Positions 61,902-64,000 of a stretch of DNA of 64,000 nucleotides are shown here, piece after piece. Origin of the DNA: an uncultured Selenomonadaceae bacterium (GTDB lineage Bacteria > Bacillota > Negativicutes > Selenomonadales > Selenomonadaceae); NCBI GenBank assembly GCA_905234235.1, contig CAJOHN010000008.1:97406-161405 (forward strand), in the 5' to 3' direction. The notes beneath the pieces were generated by a model. The model was given only the letters and a program-made list of their open reading frames with translations. It was not told the origin of the DNA and did not search any database. Position numbers and translations under genes: made by a program. The stretch's first letter is position 1; every line of letters starts with the position of its first letter.

Positions 61902-62627
61902 TCAAAATTGTTCTTCGTTTTCTTCGGCGGCTTCGGCACTCTCCGCGCCTTGATTGCCTTCCATCATCGCATCAGCAATTTTCGCCGTCAAAAGTTTAAC
62001 TGCACGAATCGCATCGTCATTGCCGGGAATAACGTAGTCAATCTCGTCGGGGTCGCAGTTGGTATCGACAATCGCGACAATCGGGATATTGAGTTTGCGG
62101 GCTTCGGCGACGGCAATTCTTTCTTTGCGCGGGTCGACGACGAATAACGCGCCGGGCAATTTGTTCATTTCTTTGATACCGCCGAGATATTTTTCGAGAC
62201 GCGCCATTTCGTGACGGAGTTGCATGACTTCCTTTTTGGTAAGAACATCAAAGGTTCCGTCCTGCTCCATAGTCTCAAGTTCTTTAAGGCGATTGATACG
62301 CTTTTGAATGGTTTGGAAATTGGTAAGCATGCCGCCGAGCCAACGTTCATTGACGAAGAATTGCCCTGCGCGGACAGCCTCTTCCTTAACCGCCTCTTGC
62401 GCCTGTTTCTTGGTGCCGACGAACAGAATCGACTTGCCGGACTCTGCGACGGTGCGGACGAAGTTATAAGCCTCGTCGACTTTGCGGACGGTCTTTTGCA
62501 GGTCGATGATGTAAATGCCGTTGCGCTCGGTGAAGATGTACCGCGCCATTTTCGGGTTCCAGCGACGGGTTTGATGTCCGAAGTGCACGCCCGCTTCCAA
62601 AAGCTGTTTCATTGAGATAACTGCCAT
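61902..62627 (-). CDS. rpsB: 30S ribosomal protein S2
   Basis: [43 protein letters not shown]. Confidence 0.99.
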   Translation of the reverse strand: MAVISMKQLLEAGVHFGHQTRRWNPKMARYIFTERNGIYIIDLQKTVRKVDEAYNFVRTVAESGKSILFVGTKKQAQEAVKEEAVRAGQFFVNERWLGGMLTNFQTIQKRINRLKELETMEQDGTFDVLTKKEVMQLRHEMARLEKYLGGIKEMNKLPGALFVVDPRKERIAVAEARKLNIPIVAIVDTNCDPDEIDYVIPGNDDAIRAVKLLTAKIADAMMEGNQGAESAEAAEENEEQF

Positions 62628-62631
62628 TTGA

Positions 62632-62758
62632 AACTCCTCCTGTTTTGCATTCGCGGAACATTTACGCGCCGATAAACCTTGCGGCACAGGCGACGCTCCG
62701 ATTCCGCGTGATTTTGTTAAACGCGGCGCATTATATCACACGAAAATTTTGGCGGCAA
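62632..62758 (-). promoter_or_regulatory. rpsB promoter and structured 5' leader (probable S2 autoregulation)
   Basis: Minus strand TTGCCG-N17-TATAAT; leader stem CGCGGAA...TTCCGCG before the GGAGG RBS. Confidence 0.6.
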
Positions 62759-62763
62759 GTTTT

Positions 62764-64000
62764 TTATTGAAGAGCCTCGTTCATAGCCGCGATAACTTCC
62801 GAATCTTTAAGCGTCGGCGTCAAAGTTTCGTTAATAGCGCGGTCGAAGTTGCACAGCGCGGAGTACAGGCAGTATTTGCAAGCGTCGTCGTCGTTGGAAA
62901 ATTTGGCGGGCTTAACTTCAATGCAACCGTTCAAAATTTTTTCGGCAGTCGTCTGCAAAATTTTTTCCGCGTACTTGATAATCGTTTGGAAATCTGCGCG
63001 GCTGACGAGATTTTTTTTATTGAAGTCAACGAATTGCTCGGTGCTGTCGACGGCATTTTTAATTTCCTCGTCAACGCGAATCAAGCCGGGCATTTTAAGT
63101 TCGTTGCTAGCTTCAAGCGTGACTTCATCTTCATTACGTCCCGTCTTGCTTGACATTTTTAAGAGGCAGTAAAGCATCGCGCCCGCATCGCGCCCGCTGA
63201 CTTCTTCAAGATTTTGCGCCACGCCGAGATAAATCGCCAGTTGCAAACTAAGCCCGTGATAAATTTTCCGTAAGCTGAGGCTCGCCTTGCCCGTTTTATA
63301 ATCAACAATCAAAAAAAATTTGCCGTCGCCGCTTAAATCTATCCTGTCGATTTGCCCGTTCAAATTTATATCAACGTCGCCAAAAGTTTTATCGTTATGA
63401 AATCTTTCCTCGAAAATCTGCGGACTGAAATCGCTAACTTTGTCAAGTTCAATCAATCGCGTCAACGATTCGACGGCGACTTTTTTTATCCGTTCGCGAC
63501 GGTGCTCCAAAGTTTTTGTACTGAGGAGAATTTTATTATGCAAGCGCGGCGTCAATTCGTTCAAAATTTTTTCTACGCGCCCATTCAACTCAACGTCATT
63601 AACCGAAGCCCATTGCCGATTTTCCCTTTTTAAATCGCGCCCGAAATTGTTCATGACGGCGTGCAAAATATTTCCAATGTCTGGCGTCTGAACTTTATAC
63701 TCGACGCGCTCCGCCAAGTTCAAGCCGTATTGCGCAAAATATTTGAACGGGCATTCGTTAAACTTTTCAAAACGCGTGACGGTAGCTTGTATTTTTCTTG
63801 AAGGCGCGTAAAGTTTTTGAGCTGTTTCTTTGGATAAATTTTTATCGCCCGCAGAAAATATTTCTCCGCCTAAATTTTGCAACACGTCGAGTTCAACGCG
63901 TTCCGTCCGTATGTTCGGGAAAATTTTTTGGATTTTGTTCAGCAGTGACGACGCCGATATTTTTTCTCCGTTAGTGTCCGCCGCCGCGTATGAAATTATC
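62764..64000 (-). CDS. addB: AddB/RexB helicase-nuclease subunit, C-terminal part (start lies outside the window)
   Basis: RFEKFNECPFKYFAQYGL, GQIDRID, IVDYKTG, QLAIY and CKYCLYSALC Fe-S staple. Confidence 0.85.
   Translation of the reverse strand, partial: IISYAAADTNGEKISASSLLNKIQKIFPNIRTERVELDVLQNLGGEIFSAGDKNLSKETAQKLYAPSRKIQATVTRFEKFNECPFKYFAQYGLNLAERVEYKVQTPDIGNILHAVMNNFGRDLKRENRQWASVNDVELNGRVEKILNELTPRLHNKILLSTKTLEHRRERIKKVAVESLTRLIELDKVSDFSPQIFEERFHNDKTFGDVDINLNGQIDRIDLSGDGKFFLIVDYKTGKASLSLRKIYHGLSLQLAIYLGVAQNLEEVSGRDAGAMLYCLLKMSSKTGRNEDEVTLEASNELKMPGLIRVDEEIKNAVDSTEQFVDFNKKNLVSRADFQTIIKYAEKILQTTAEKILNGCIEVKPAKFSNDDDACKYCLYSALCNFDRAINETLTPTLKDSEVIAAMNEALQ

Overview
A 64-kb chromosomal window, most likely from a Negativicute (Selenomonadaceae-like). 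This is inferred from LPS genes (GT9, WaaL) occurring with Firmicutes-type flagellar genes (flgM-flgN-flgK-flgL-yviE-fliW-csrA-flaG-fliD-fliS), AddB and ThiW. In order it holds: the end of an LPS cluster, rnc, prfC, a late flagellar operon, glnA, pyk, a stand-alone NRPS-type condensation domain, potABCD, a TPR protein, serS, a GIY-YIG/HxlR fusion, an acyl-CoA synthetase, the gap-(pgk::tpi)-gpmI operon, a double GT2, MATE plus the riboflavin operon, RNase G, a frameshifted RTX-like repeat protein, TPP riboswitch-thiW-thiC, tsf, rpsB and the 3' part of addB. I found no rRNA, tRNA, CRISPR array or transposase. The most unusual signals are: (1) complementary 7-mer-repeat tracts 1.8-2.4 kb apart that bracket flgK and pgk-tpi and could form long-range mRNA stems; (2) a ~137-bp multi-hairpin element between potC and potD flanked by a 19-bp direct repeat, with a diverged copy after glnA; (3) a GIY-YIG nuclease with intact catalytic motifs fused in frame to an HxlR regulator, back-to-back with a consensus promoter that starts at a ~70-nt hairpin; (4) an Arg-rich tail on lumazine synthase. 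Several surface or secreted genes carry frameshifts or deletions that may be assembly artefacts. All calls come from reading the sequence by eye; no database search was run.
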